DNA from: Lytechinus pictus
Taxonomy: Eukaryota
DNA: 64,000 nt
NCBI RefSeq assembly: GCF_037042905.1
Contig: NC_087247.1
Location: forward strand, 5,208,001-5,272,000
Direction: 5' to 3'
Every line of letters starts with the position of its first letter. Position 1 is the first letter of the stretch. Of this stretch, positions 26,954 to 39,150 are shown piece by piece. The translations under genes were made by a program, and so were the position numbers. A model generated the notes under the pieces. It did no database searches and was not told the origin of the DNA. It was given only the letters and a program-made list of their open reading frames with translations.

Positions 26954-29900
26954 ATGGGCCGATTGGGGCTATCTATAGCCGCCATGCTGTGTTTGGTAGC
27001 GATAGCAGCCTCTTTACCTCGTAAGTAAAATCATCCTCCATACAAAACTTAATTTTTTTTTCAAAGTAGAACAAATATAACGGACATCATGGACAACATT
27101 CATTGAACATGTTGAATAAAATTCAGACCGAATGAGAAAAAATATTACCATGGTTATTCATGATATTTCTCAATGAGTTATGTGAGGTATGGGAAAATAT
27201 ATAATTCACAACGAAGGTTCTTATTTGTTAACATGGTTGACGGCAATTTATGATAAATCAGAGTTGGCAAATGATATGTTTTGATTTATGACAATGTTAT
27301 TATTGAAAAATCTGAATAGCAAATCGTGCGCATATGTGGCGTAAATGTATACTGCATGTAAAATCAACACCTGCAAAATGCAGGACACGATTTAAAATTA
27401 AATCAAACTTTCTCTTCTTGACTAATTTAAAGGTGAACGTTATCGCCGAAGCAGTAGCGAGGAAACGGATACGGGAGGAGACGGCGGAGGCGACTGCGGT
27501 GGAGATTGTGGTGGAGACGGAGGTGGAGACGGTGGCTGTGATGGTGGTTGTGACGGAGGTGATGGTGGTGATGGTGGTTGCGATGGTGGCGGTGACTGCG
27601 GTGATGGAGGAAATGGTGGAGATGGCGATTGCGGTGGAGACTGCGGTGGAGATGGAGGAGGAGACGGAGGTTGCGAAGGCGGGAGCTGCGGAGATGCTGG
27701 CGATGGTGGATGTGATGGCGGTGATGGTGGCGACTGCGGGGATGGTGGTGATGGTGGTTGTGACGGTGGATGCGATGGTGGTGGAGATGGTGGATGCGAT
27801 GGCGGTGATGGTGGTGATGGAGGGGATTGTGGAGATGGTGGAGGCTCAGGGGGCTCCGGAGACAGCAGCAGTAGTAGCAGTAGTAGCGAAGAAGACAGTG
27901 GTGATGGCGGGGATGGAGGTGATGGTGGCGATGGCGGCGATGGTGGTGACGGAGGTGGAGACGGCGGCGGCGGAGGAGGAGGGGGTGGAGGTGGACGAGG
28001 TGGAGGTGGGGGCGGTGGTGGAGGTGCACAAGCCCAAGCTCCTGAAATCCGCTACGAAATTATAGAAATACCGATTCAAATTCCAGCACCAGAAATCGAT
28101 ACCGACGACGATGACGACGATGCAGATGATGGCGGTGATGGAGGTGACGGTGGCGATGACGGCGATGGCGGTGATGAAGGTGACGGTGGCGATGATGGCG
28201 ATGGCGGTGATGAAGGTGACGGTGGCGATGATGGCGATGGCGGTGATGATGGTGATGGAGGAGACGATGGAGATGGTGGGGATGATGGCGATGGTGGAGA
28301 TGATGACGGGGGTGATGATGATGACGGTGGTGATGATGATGGCGGAGGAGGAGATGGAGGAACTTGTGGTGCTGACGGCGGTGATGTTGGCTGTGACGGA
28401 CTTAACGAAGCACCCACTCCTGGAGATCAACAAGGTAATCCTATTCATCACAAATTTAACAAGCATGCGGGTTTTGTCACCCTTCATGTATTCCATCACA
28501 TTGTCAGAGACACTCACCTGAAACGATGCTTTTAAATTAGTATTCATTGACCCCCCCCCCCAAATAAAGGATATGAATTAAAAATTATACTTTTCAACCC
28601 TTCCCTAACTAATTAGTTGCAATCATGTCTACAAAATGCAACATTGCACAAGTTAAAGCATTATTTTCTAAAAAAACACACCAAATCTTAGGTATTGAAG
28701 AAAATCATTTGACAGTATGTCAGATTTCTTTTACAGAAAATGTATAACATGTGCAAAAGTCCAAAATCGACCTGATATAAAGCACTGCCAAATTCGTCTA
28801 GTTAAAACTCTTGATTGCCTCCAAGAGGAGCAGTGGGATCAGAATTCGAAATACTGACTGTAAAAATTAGTGCCTCTGGATAAAGCTCGGATCATCGTTA
28901 TTCATTGCTCTGTGTATGCTAATTAGTTGTTTACCAATAGGGAGATCTATGCATCCTGTCCGAGTGGAATTGGATGCGATGTATCATAAAATGGCAATAT
29001 CCTGCTCTTTGTTGAATATTTCTTCAACTTTGAATGGAAACTATTTGGTATGGCCATGTACACTGTAAAAAATGAAGTGATAATTTAGCACTTCCAGTGC
29101 TTGTATAGTGACTGCACTATACCAGTGCTGATTTTCTAGTTCAAATTTAAACTAGAAAAGTGCAGTCACTATACAAGCACTTTAAGTGCTAAATTAGCGC
29201 TTCATTTTTTACAGTGTAGGGCCATGGTATGACAGTGAAAACAATAGCTACGCCTATTCTGATGTTTTTTTTTGTGTTTCTTTTTTCAGGTGGTGTTCTA
29301 GGTTCAACCTGCTCTTCCTGCCCTTCCTTTATCTCACGTACCCAAGCCGTCTGTGGGTCCGATGGAACCACCTATGATAATCTGTGTGAGCTCAGGGCTT
29401 CGGCATGCAAGAAAAAAGACACCACTCTCAAATATACTAGCGATGGAAACTGTGCAGGTATGTAGATTTTTTGATAATCATGATAAATTCTAAATCAAGT
29501 ATTCAATCCTGATAATATTATCAAGCTTGTACCTGAAAAATACAGCGAATAAATTAAAATTTTGATGGAATTGTGAGTTAAAATGGGAAAGTTCATGAAT
29601 ATGAATTTGCTATCTAAAAGCATTAATTTGGCAAACTTGGTCTAGTTTCGTTTAAATTGTACGTTATCGTGTGAATTTATGATGAAATATATTATTCCGC
29701 ATTTGATGATGTGATCATTATTGATTCTATAGGCTACATTATGCTCATTGGCATTCTAGAAACAAATATACCATGCACAATTTTAGTTTCCCTAGAGCAT
29801 GTAGAGAGACATTAGAAGTTAAGTAAAAATCGAATAAAAATGGATTTTGAAAGATTGCGCTCTTTACAAATCGTGAATTATTTAATTAGAGCAGAACGAT

Positions 29901-30475
29901 GATAATAATATACCACAGATACATTTAAAGTGATTGGTTAACATTGTTTTGACTTTAAAAAAATCTGAGCTAGAAGGTCACACTTGTCACATGTGTATGT
30001 GATATGTTACAAAAATGAAGCCCAGAAAAAATTGCGTTCGAAAATATTTATTTAGTGCTTCAAAAATTGAAAAATAAAGTGACCGAAAACACCATCTTAA
30101 TTTCATCCCATACACTTATGTGTACTATTTAGGCGTCTATTAGACACCCATTTACAAAATCGGGGTTTGCCTTGTAGTTTTAGCTTTTCATTCTCAATAA
30201 TGGTTGTTTTCAGGGTTTATTAGTTCTAATACATGCACTTGTACACATGTTTCATCTTGGTTTGATAATTTTTTAAATCGGCTGCTCACAAAGTTAAACA
30301 ATACCTTTAAGGAGATACATGAACACGTAATACGTTCAAAGTTGTTATGATTTACTACTTATTGATTACTGAATGTAGTAATCTATTCAAATCCAAGATT
30401 GAAAGACCTCTCATTTTATTCAAATAATTTTCTCTATTCACAGGGAGTCTGCTCATGCGACCGCCCCAGACCTAA
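26954..30475 (+). CDS. Cluster gene 3: secreted acidic Gly/Asp/Cys-rich protein with Kazal domain (~422 aa)
   Basis: Exons 26954-27020 (MGRLGLSIAAMLCLVAIAASLP), 27433-28434 (RERYRRSSSEETD ... SSSSSSSEED ... QAPEIRYEIIEIPIQIPAP ... CGADGGDVGCDGL), 29290-29457 (Kazal) and 30444-30475 (GSLLMRPPQT*). GT-AG, phase 1, 1269 nt. Confidence 0.88.
29061..29216. mobile_element. Small palindromic MITE (CACTG termini, TA flanks) in a gene 3 intron
   Basis: TA|CACTGTAAAAAATGAAG ... CTTCATTTTTTACAGTG|TA; nearly the whole element is self-complementary. Confidence 0.8.
29925..30310. mobile_element. TTAA-flanked MITE in the last intron of gene 3
   Basis: TTAAAGTGATTGGTTAACATTG ... CAAAGTTAAACAATACCTTTAA imperfect TIRs. 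Confidence 0.55.
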
Positions 30476-30696
30476 TACCGAATCAAGAAAGAGGACGCTG
30501 ATGGCAGCAGATACTTAAAATTATGGATTTTTTAATGGTACTTTATTGTATTATTTATTTGTTTATATTCTTTATTTGTCTTATTTCTTATTTGAAAAAT
30601 ATATTTGTATGGAAAATTGAATTATTTGATTCTCTTGCTTTTTTCTGGAAATATGTGTGTGTGCTTATGCGGATGGGGAAGGGAGTGCGACGCCAG

Positions 30697-31210
30697 GGCC
30701 CCGTCTTACACTACAAAAACACCGGTGTTGATTTAACACCAGCCCGGAATCTATATATGTCCACACCAGAGAAGTGTTAAACAACACTAGTTTGGTTTCG
30801 GTCTAAGACCAGATAGGTGTTTATACAACACCAATTAGTATTAAAACAGCATCGGTTTGATTCCAAAGTGGTGCTGTTTCAATACTTCTCTGGTGTGGAC
30901 ATACATAGATTCCGGGATGGTGTTAAATCAACACCTGAGTTTTTGCAGTGTACAAAGAGTAACGATTAATCCACGGAATCATCTATGGAAATCCAATAGT
31001 GTCATAATTTTTTCGACAGGAAATTTGCAAAATGTCCTTTGTATACAAAGGAGAACACACCAAATTGTCAAGAAATAAATTAATTTATGGATATGCATTC
31101 ATATTATCGAGAATATTTTTTGAACAAACATGCATTTTATATGTTGACTTTGCTGGCTTTCCATACTTGCGATTGATCGGATCAATCGCAAGTCTCTGTA
31201 AGACGGGCCC
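30697..31210. mobile_element. PIF/Harbinger-like MITE (CAG TSD) carrying a nested TA-flanked MITE at 30709-30950
   Basis: CAG|GGCCCCGTCTTA[CACTACAAAAAC...TTTTGCAGTG]TACAAAGAG ... GTAAGACGGGCCC|CAG; an uninterrupted copy lies at 31509-31779. Confidence 0.85.
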
Positions 31211-31508
31211 CAGGTGTGGTTGTGTGGGTAATTAATGTAGAAACAGAAAGTGACATTGAAAAATAGAGGAGAGGAAGGAGCTGAAATAAAGAGGGAGAGA
31301 AATAGACACATACACAGAGAAAGAGGAAGAAAGGGATGGGGGGTTAAGTTATACAGATGTCAGTGCTTTTATTCTTTAATTTCTGATATATTCTGACTCC
31401 TGGCGAACCCCCGCATCAGATTTAACGTGGACAAGACCAAATGCCACAACAAATCAGCAAAACATAAATATGTGCTATTCTTAAATTCCGTGTTTAAAAA
31501 CATCCCAG

Positions 31509-31779
31509 GGGCCCGTCTTACAAAGAGTTACGATTGATCCGATCAATCGTAACTCTATGGAAATCCATCGGTGTCATAATCTTTTCTACAGGAAATTTAC
31601 AAAATGGCCTTTGTAAACAACGGAGAACGCACCAAATTGTCAAGAAATCAATGAATTTATGGATATACATTCATATCTAGAAAATATTTTGAACAAACAT
31701 GCATAATAGATGTTGATGTTGCTGGCCGACCATAGTTGCGATTAATCAGATCAATCACAACTCTTTGTAAGACGGGCCC
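31509..31779. mobile_element. PIF/Harbinger-like MITE (CAG TSD)
   Basis: CAG|GGGCCCGTCTTACAAAGAGTT ... AACTCTTTGTAAGACGGGCCC|CAG. Confidence 0.85.
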
Positions 31780-32558
31780 CAGATAATACGCTTCAAAATA
31801 ATATAAAGCTCGTCGAAATAGATTAATCAATCAAAAGTATAAAAAAACTTTAGGGGGAATTACAAGAATAATTGAGAGACAGTGTTTTAATAGAGATGTG
31901 CACTCTTTAAGCTCTCAGCGGTCCTCACGGGTGAATTTAATGGCTTAATATTTTGACAAAAAATTGAGGAATAGAAAAAGGGAGCACACTATTAAAAAAA
32001 CACTTTTTCTTTTACAACATTCTGCCTGGTGACTTTATATAGTTGAGATTGCGCTGAATATTCACATAAAGGAGAGTATGGTATCTTATGTAATGTACAT
32101 AATTCAAAATAACAGCCCCAATTTTTCTGATATATTTTCTTAGGGGATCCACGCTCTACAAGCAATGCTTTTTAGTGGATCCTTTCATTTTACGAATGTT
32201 TTGGAACTCGTAATTGATTTGTAATCATTGTTATCATATTTCATTTGTATTTGTTTATATTTATGATGTATGTTTGATTTGTATTTGCTTATAATGTTGA
32301 TAATGGAAATGGAAAATTAAACTTGAACTTGAATTTAGTGGTGTGATATTTAAAACGGGATATCAATTTAATGAAAAGTAAAAAAAAAAGAAAAACAAAA
32401 ATGATGAAAATATTCGGGGTGAGACAGTGATTTTGGGGGACTAAGCGAAATGTGCTAATTAGTAAGTGCAAACGTAAAGTTATTGGCAAGTTTTCAAGTT
32501 TTATGCAAAAAAAAAACTCTCCCATTTGTCATTACCAGAACATAGTGTTTTCCCATCA

Positions 32559-32720
32559 NNNNNNNNNNNNNNNNNNNNNNNNNNNNNNNNNNNNNNNNNN
32601 NNNNNNNNNNNNNNNNNNNNNNNNNNNNNNNNNNNNNNNNNNNNNNNNNNNNNNNNNNNNNNNNNNNNNNNNNNNNNNNNNNNNNNNNNNNNNNNNNNNN
32701 NNNNNNNNNNNNNNNNNNNN
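32559..32720. other. Assembly gap
   Basis: Run of N. Confidence 1.
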
Positions 32721-32961
32721 CACACAATATTTAAATAAAAGAGTTGCCAAAGCTGTAGTACATGTATAACTTCACACATGTGTATACTTTCTCCCATACG
32801 TGTACTGTATCAAAGCAATAGCTTTGATCCAGCTGAGGCATGGCGGCTTGTCATTGTTCAAAACCCACCTTCACCCAACAAAGGAAATTATAATTGGTAT
32901 GGTGTCGAAAATCTGTCTATCTGACGGTCAATCGGATCGGGGTCGCCCTAGCCACTAACCC

Positions 32962-33033
32962 GTCTCTGTGGTCTAGTGGTTAAGGCACCGGCGTTCAAAG
33001 CTGGGGGCCCGGGTTCGATTCCCGGCAGGGACA
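32962..33033 (+). tRNA. tRNA-like cloverleaf (tRNA-Glu-like body, anticodon TCA); probably a pseudo-tRNA or repeat-borne copy
   Basis: Acceptor GTCTCTG/CAGGGAC, D stem GTCT/AGGC, anticodon stem CCGGC/GCTGG with loop GTTCAAA, T arm CCGGG-TTCGATT-CCCGG, followed by T6. Confidence 0.55.
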
Positions 33034-33371
33034 TTTTTTCGGCATCACCAATTTTTCCAAAAAGGGTAGATAGCTCAGGGGAACCTTGATTTAAGCTACG
33101 CCTACCATTGTTCTCTTCATCCATTTCTTTCACACAATATTTAAATAAAAGAGTTGCCAAAGCTGTAGTACATGTATAACTTCACACATGTGTATACTTT
33201 CTCCCATACGTGTACTGTATCAAAGCAATAGCTTTGATCCAGCTGAGGCATGGCGGCTTGTCATTGTTCAAAACCCACCTTCACCCAACAAAGGAAATTA
33301 TAATTGGTATGGTGTCGAAAATCTGTCTATCTGACGGTCAATCGGATCGGGGTCGCCCTAGCCACTAACCC

Positions 33372-33443
33372 GTCTCTGTGGTCTAGTGGTTAAGGCACCG
33401 GCGTTCAAAGCTGAGGGCCCGGGTTCGATTCCCGGCAGGGACA
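33372..33443 (+). tRNA. Second copy of the TCA-anticodon tRNA-like sequence
   Basis: Identical to 32962-33033 except GCTGA, which gives one mismatch in the anticodon stem. Confidence 0.45.
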
Positions 33444-33543
33444 TTTTTTCGGCATCACCAATTTTTCCAAAAAGGGTAGATAGCTCTGGGGAACCTTGAT
33501 TTAAGCTACGCCTACCATTGTTCTCTTCATCCATTTCTTTCAC

Positions 33544-33611
<68 letters not shown>

Positions 33612-33612
<1 letters not shown>

Positions 33613-34972
33613 GGTGCGTATAAAAAAAACGGGACAGATTTGAAAAGTCTATAAAATTTGTGTTTCAAATTATGATCTCTATATTTTGGTGTCAATAGGT
33701 GCTCTGAAGTCTTATCCTTCAAATGCCATTAAAATAATATAGTTTCATTCATGCTTGAGCGGACACGGAATGTTTTTGTCTGGGGTTAAAAAAGAGACTT
33801 GCGCCAAAATGGCATAAAAATGATGGTCGGACTTTTTGCTAATCAGCAGACTTCCTCTTAACCTTTTCATTATCTGTGCCATAATTTTCGAATTATGCGG
33901 TCAAAATTCATTTCCAAATCTTCTTATTTGCTTGAATAGATCTGTTGTTTCTTTTTAACTGTTTAATATGTTTTCTTTTAGCTTTGAATATTCCTTCTTT
34001 AGGCAAGAACAATTTTTTTTTTACCGAAGTATGGAAGAGCGTGTTTTTTTTCAATTAATTTCATTTTGTGCTACAAAGGTTATGGTGCCTTTGTACAGTG
34101 GCATACAGATAGGCGGGGCTCGGGGTGACCCCCCCCCCAAAAAAAAAATAGATAATCATGACCAAGAAAAAAAAGTGGAAGAAAACATAAAAATTGAAAT
34201 ATGATATCAGTTACTGAATATAATGTCAATATCACGAAATTTGATATTTTAATATATTTTAATAAAAAAGTGGAAATTTTTGCTTGCTTGCTTCACAACT
34301 TTTTTATACATTTTACCCGATCTGCCATATCTTGCTCCTTCAAAATTGACTCAATACACCATTGCCATTGAAAGACATGAATCCTTTCCTGTTTGTCCTG
34401 TCAAGCACATAATTAAACTTGGTGAAGGATTCAATAACCCCTTGAAAATATGATTCATGTCTTTTATAGGTACCATAACATAATTTTGTTTCACATACCA
34501 GTAATAAAAGGATTTGAATAATTACAAATTCTCCCAATTAATAATGCAAATCTTCTTACTTGGGTTGACAAAAAGTCTTCTTTTCTTACTTATGAAGGAA
34601 AATTCAAAGGTAAAATAAGTTTAAATGAAAAACAAAATAATATAGGTAAATAAATAAATTTTTAAAATATATTTGACAGCATAATTCGAAAAGTATGGCA
34701 AAGATAATGAAAAGATTAAGAAGAAGTCTGCTGATTAGCCAAAAGTCTAATCATCAAATTTCTCATTTCTGCCATCTTGGCGCAAGCCTCTTTATAACCC
34801 CCGACACAAACGTCCCGTGTTCGCTCAAGCATGAACACAATTTATTTTTTTTAAATGGCATTTTAAAATAAGATCTCAGAGCATCTATTAACATAAAAAT
34901 ATAGATAAATTGATTTGAAACAAATTTTTTATAGACTTTTCAAAACTGCCCCGTTTTTTTTTATACGCACTG
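33612..34972. mobile_element. Tc1/mariner-type foldback MITE inserted into a (TA)n microsatellite
   Basis: TA|CGGTGCGTATAAAAAAAACGGG ... CCCGTTTTTTTTATACGCACTG|TA; inverted arms of ~300 bp; (TA)n on both sides. Confidence 0.85.
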
Positions 34973-35015
<43 letters not shown>

Positions 35016-35651
35016 TTACATTCCTCTTTTAAAGAAAAATACAATATCGAGTAATACTTTGAAAAAAAAATCAAATTTTAAGGGACAAGTTGGTTTTTAT
35101 TGTCGTTGAAAAAGGCGATTTGAAATAATATCCTACCATATGAATGTCATTTTCGGTACCATGTTTGAATACTAATTACCAGTGAATGCGTTGCATATAA
35201 TATTTCTACGAATCTCTTTGTGATATCTCCTGTCTCTCTTTTTGACGGTTCTTTGGCAGAATTCGAAGCAGATCGTCATCCCTCAATTTTTCTTTTCTTT
35301 TTGAATACATTTATTTAGACTTGAAAAAGCATTGTCTTGAAAAGAGAATATTGAGAAGGGGCCGGAAGTTCATGCATGTTGTAGTAGTACAAGTATGTTG
35401 TGAAAGTCATTTATCGAATTAACATTTTCTTACACATGGACTGATGATTATCATCATAATCCCCGCCTCCATGAGTTTAGCAATCTTGCGGACTTAAATG
35501 ATTGGATTAATTATGATACACAGATAAGCCCGAAGAGGGGATAATTTGTCAGCATTAAATCATTTGCACATAATATCAGTGAATATAGTTCAGGAAGCAA
35601 GACAGAGTGAGTTGAAAGAGCGTATTTAGAAGGGGAGAGACAGAAGGAGAA

Positions 35652-35688
<37 letters not shown>

Positions 35689-36723
35689 GGATGGAGGAGA
35701 GAGAGAGAGGACAAATGTACAATTGCTTATTGCTTTTACTAAATATATATAAAGTTCATATGCAAATGGTTTACCATTTGCTATTTTTATCCAAGCCATA
35801 ATATTTTTATATATAATCCCCAAGGAAGTCTATTTTTTTGTTATATTTATATTACAATTTCTCTTCCCCATTATCTCTCTTTAGCAACTAAAATGCTGTA
35901 TCAAATATGCACACAACGTACACACAAACACACGCAGCCCACACGGATCAGAAAATGTGATGAAACGACTGATGACACGGTGAAAACAAAATCATGTATA
36001 TTTCAAACAAAATAATTTATTCAATGTTATCATAGACAAAATGGCTGTCAAACATATCATGAGTAATATACTTTGAAATGTTAAGAAATTAAGCTGAAAT
36101 CATTAAAATGAAATATAACCAATTATGCTTATCAGGACGCAGACATTCAATGTCAATAAATTAAGACGGAAACACGAACAAATATAAATAAATAAAGCAT
36201 ACAATTTAATACATGGACATGGGGGTAATTACTTGTAAAACATAATCTCTAAGATAATGATGAAGAAACTTTCAAGTCTTCACTTGCTTCATTCGGAAAA
36301 CAGTGTAAATTATGAAAAGTTCGATATCTACAATTTAATTACTATTATGATATCACACACTCTTAAAGGGAAAATGAATAATGATGAAATTATGCAAACG
36401 TAATGATTGTAGTCACATTCTCTTACATCAAAGAACAAGACATTAGTCAGTTAGATAATCTATACCGTTGAGTTGACTGCCTGGTCACTTCCACCTCCAA
36501 GTGTAGAAATCTGTTGGGAAAAAAAATCAGTGAGAGAATAGCAGTCTGAATAGCAGAATCAAGTCAATTCAAGTCAAATAAATTCAATCTTTTTGTTCTA
36601 GTTCACAATATTTCCTCTATTCATCATATAAACTTTAACACACCATAGAACATGTTGACAGGGAAAATGTATGCCATTCCTGGAATCAGCGCTTATGTTC
36701 GGGATATGTATTGTGTCCGCCTT

Positions 36724-36930
36724 ATGAACGGGAGGTCGTGGGTTCGATCCTTGGCCGAGTCATACCAAAGACTTATAAAAATGGGACCTTCTGCCTTCTT
36801 GCTAGGCGCTCAGCATTTAGATTGGAGAAGGGTAATAATAACATATTATGTTATGTAGGGTCCGCTAGCAGAGCGGTTTCCTAACTGAAGTGGCTACCCT
36901 GGGTAAATAAAATATATTATATTATTATCA
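36724..36930 (+). mobile_element. 5'-truncated tRNA-derived SINE
   Basis: B-box GGTTCGATCC, body, and AATAAA plus (ATT)n tail. Confidence 0.7.
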
Positions 36931-37469
36931 TATATATCATCATCTAAAAACTTCGTCAGTTCTTATCGAGGAAACATTTTGGATATCTTTCGAGTTTGAG
37001 TCTTTTCCTTGAAATGATCACACATATTTATTCACTTTGATAACTGAATTGATTACTCTTTTCTTTTATAAACTAATATTGATTTATTGTGGCAATTTAT
37101 TGATAATTCATCTTATGATACGCAAACACAGGTGAGCCTAAAACCGGGTTTTTCAATGATGCAGGTGTATGGACATTTTTGTATCCTGCCATGAACATAC
37201 ACTAGTCAACAAATCGATTTTTACTGAAATAAAACATTGTTTCTTACGGGATTATTTATTGTAAATTGTGTACAGGCCTCTGCTTTCTACGTTCCATTTA
37301 CAATATTTATGGGCATACTCGATAAGTCCAGTCAATGATACTCGGAGTTAACGTGATTGTCATTAACATGAAGTTAAACCTTCTCGATTTTTAGAAAATT
37401 TAATATCTATATTACCCAGGTGTCAGTACTGCTTGTTTTTTATCTGGCGCTTGCGCATTAAAAAACAAA

Positions 37470-37605
37470 AAAACAAATTGCTTTCGTACATACTAGGTAC
37501 CCATGCACTGCATATGGATGGATAGTGGCAAGTGTAGATAAACCCTCGCCAAAGGACGCGAGTGCTGATGTGAGACTTGAACCCCGGACCTTGTGGATTA
37601 AAATG
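37470..37605 (-). mobile_element. SINE remnant
   Basis: Minus strand reads GGTCCGGGGTTCAAGTCTC (B-box) ... CCTTTGGCGAGGG ... ATGGGTACCTAG, a SINE core-like sequence. Confidence 0.5.
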
Positions 37606-37625
37606 AAAAAGACTTACCAAACTAT

Positions 37626-38957
37626 TCACTGGCAACATGCGTCGTTGGAACCAATGCATGCGGGATCACCGGCTTTGAGACCACCACAGCCACCAGCAGC
37701 ACCTCCCTGGCCACCATCGGTACCGCTATCACCACCTTCAACTCCTCCATCACCGCCATCAGCAACGCCATCGGCGCCGGCATCACCATTCCCACTGGCT
37801 CCACCTTCAGCTGCACCAGCGTCTCCATCGCCACCACCAGCACCACCGTCACCAGCGGCATCACCATCACCACTTGGGCCACCTTCAGCGGCTCCAGCAC
37901 CATCACCGCCATCGTCACCACCGCCAGCACCATCACCGCCGGCGTCACCATCCCCACTGACACCACCTTCGCCAGCACCATCACCACCGTCACCGCCGTC
38001 AGCACCGCCATCACCGCCACCCCCTCCATCGGTGTCCTCATCTCCACTGTCTGGTTCAGCTGCCACTGGTACTTCTACATAGATTGGCTTCTCGACAACT
38101 TCAAAGTGGATTTTTGGTGCTTGTGGAACTGGAACATGGACAGGGTAAAACTCTGGAGCAGCAACTGGAGCAATTGCAGGAGCAGGGGCAGCTTGATAAT
38201 TACCACCACCACCACCACCACCACCACCGCAGCCTCCGCCGCCACCACCACAGTCTTCCTCGCCACTACTTCCAGAACTAGAACTAGAGCCAGAGCCTGA
38301 GCTATCTCCATCCCCGCAACCATCTCCACCATCACCACCGCAGCCACCATCACCACTGCCACCACCATCACCACCATCACCGCCATCGCACCCTCCGTCC
38401 CCTCCACAATCTCCGCCATCTCCACCACCACCGCTACCACCGCCATCTCCTCCACCTCCACCATCGTCACATCCTCCGTCACCGCATCCTCCACATCCTC
38501 CACCGCCGCAGTCACCACTCCGTCGAATACGATCTTCTGTATAAAGCAATTTCATTTGAAACTTAGACCTTAATATATTTATTATAAAACATGAATCTCT
38601 AAAATGACAAGCATTTTTTTTTTTAATGAAACGCTAAATACGATTTTTGCTTTGATTCAATTTATGATATGGGTATTTCGTAGCTTTACGCAATTTACGA
38701 GATAATACTGCCATGATTGCGTTGCCATTGTGACAATATATGAGCCCTGTGCAATAGTTTATTGCAATATGATAATTATAACTCTTTATCAAAATCATTA
38801 TTATAACGGTTAGTGTTATTATTTCATGTACTGTATCAATTATATTTGAAAGATTGAAAGATTCCATAATAGCCTTTCATGTTTACTTACTTGGAGCAGC
38901 AACTACAAGCGTTGCAACCAGAAATAAAATAGCAAGCGTCAACCAAGATCGTGACAT
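37626..38957 (-). CDS. Cluster gene 4: secreted Gly/Asp/Ala/Cys-rich acidic protein without Kazal domain (~325 aa)
   Basis: Exons 38957-38891 (MSRSWLTLAILFLVATLVVAAP) and 38536-37626 (KDRIRRSGDC ... SSSSSGSSGEED ... PVPQAPKIHFEVVEKPIYVEVPV ... GGCGGL ... ACCQ*). Phase-1 GT-AG intron, 978 nt. Probable 3'-UTR intron 37617-36511 and minus-strand AATAAA at 36021-36016. Confidence 0.88.
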
Positions 38958-39142
38958 TTTGTCTCCCAAGCCCAAGCCAAGCTAAAAGTACATCAAATAG
39001 TATGTTTCTTCAATAAATCATAAGCTTCTTAGTGATCAGAAAACAAGTATTTTTTCAAAGGCAGCTGTTATTTGCCTCTGTAGATGTTACTCGGTGTTCA
39101 GCTGGAGAAATGAGACTGATGTCCACTCCAGTCTCAGACCTC

Positions 39143-39150
39143 TATTTATA
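39143..39150 (-). promoter_or_regulatory. TATA box of gene 4
   Basis: TATAAATA on the minus strand, ~190 bp upstream of the ATG. Confidence 0.6.

Larger units (their letters stand above)
32721..33550 (+). repeat. 410-bp near-perfect tandem repeat (two full units visible, abutting a gap)
   Basis: CACACAATAT unit starts at 32721, 33131 and 33541; I see only two substitutions between the units. Confidence 0.95.

Noticed and set aside
32962-33033. Selenocysteine tRNA
   Set aside because: It has a 7-bp acceptor stem and 4-nt variable loop, lacking the 9/4 fold and long variable arm of eukaryotic tRNA-Sec.
37626-37640. C-terminal CCQ of gene 4 as a prenylation signal
   Set aside because: The protein has a signal peptide and would not meet cytosolic prenyltransferases; disulfide bonding is more plausible.
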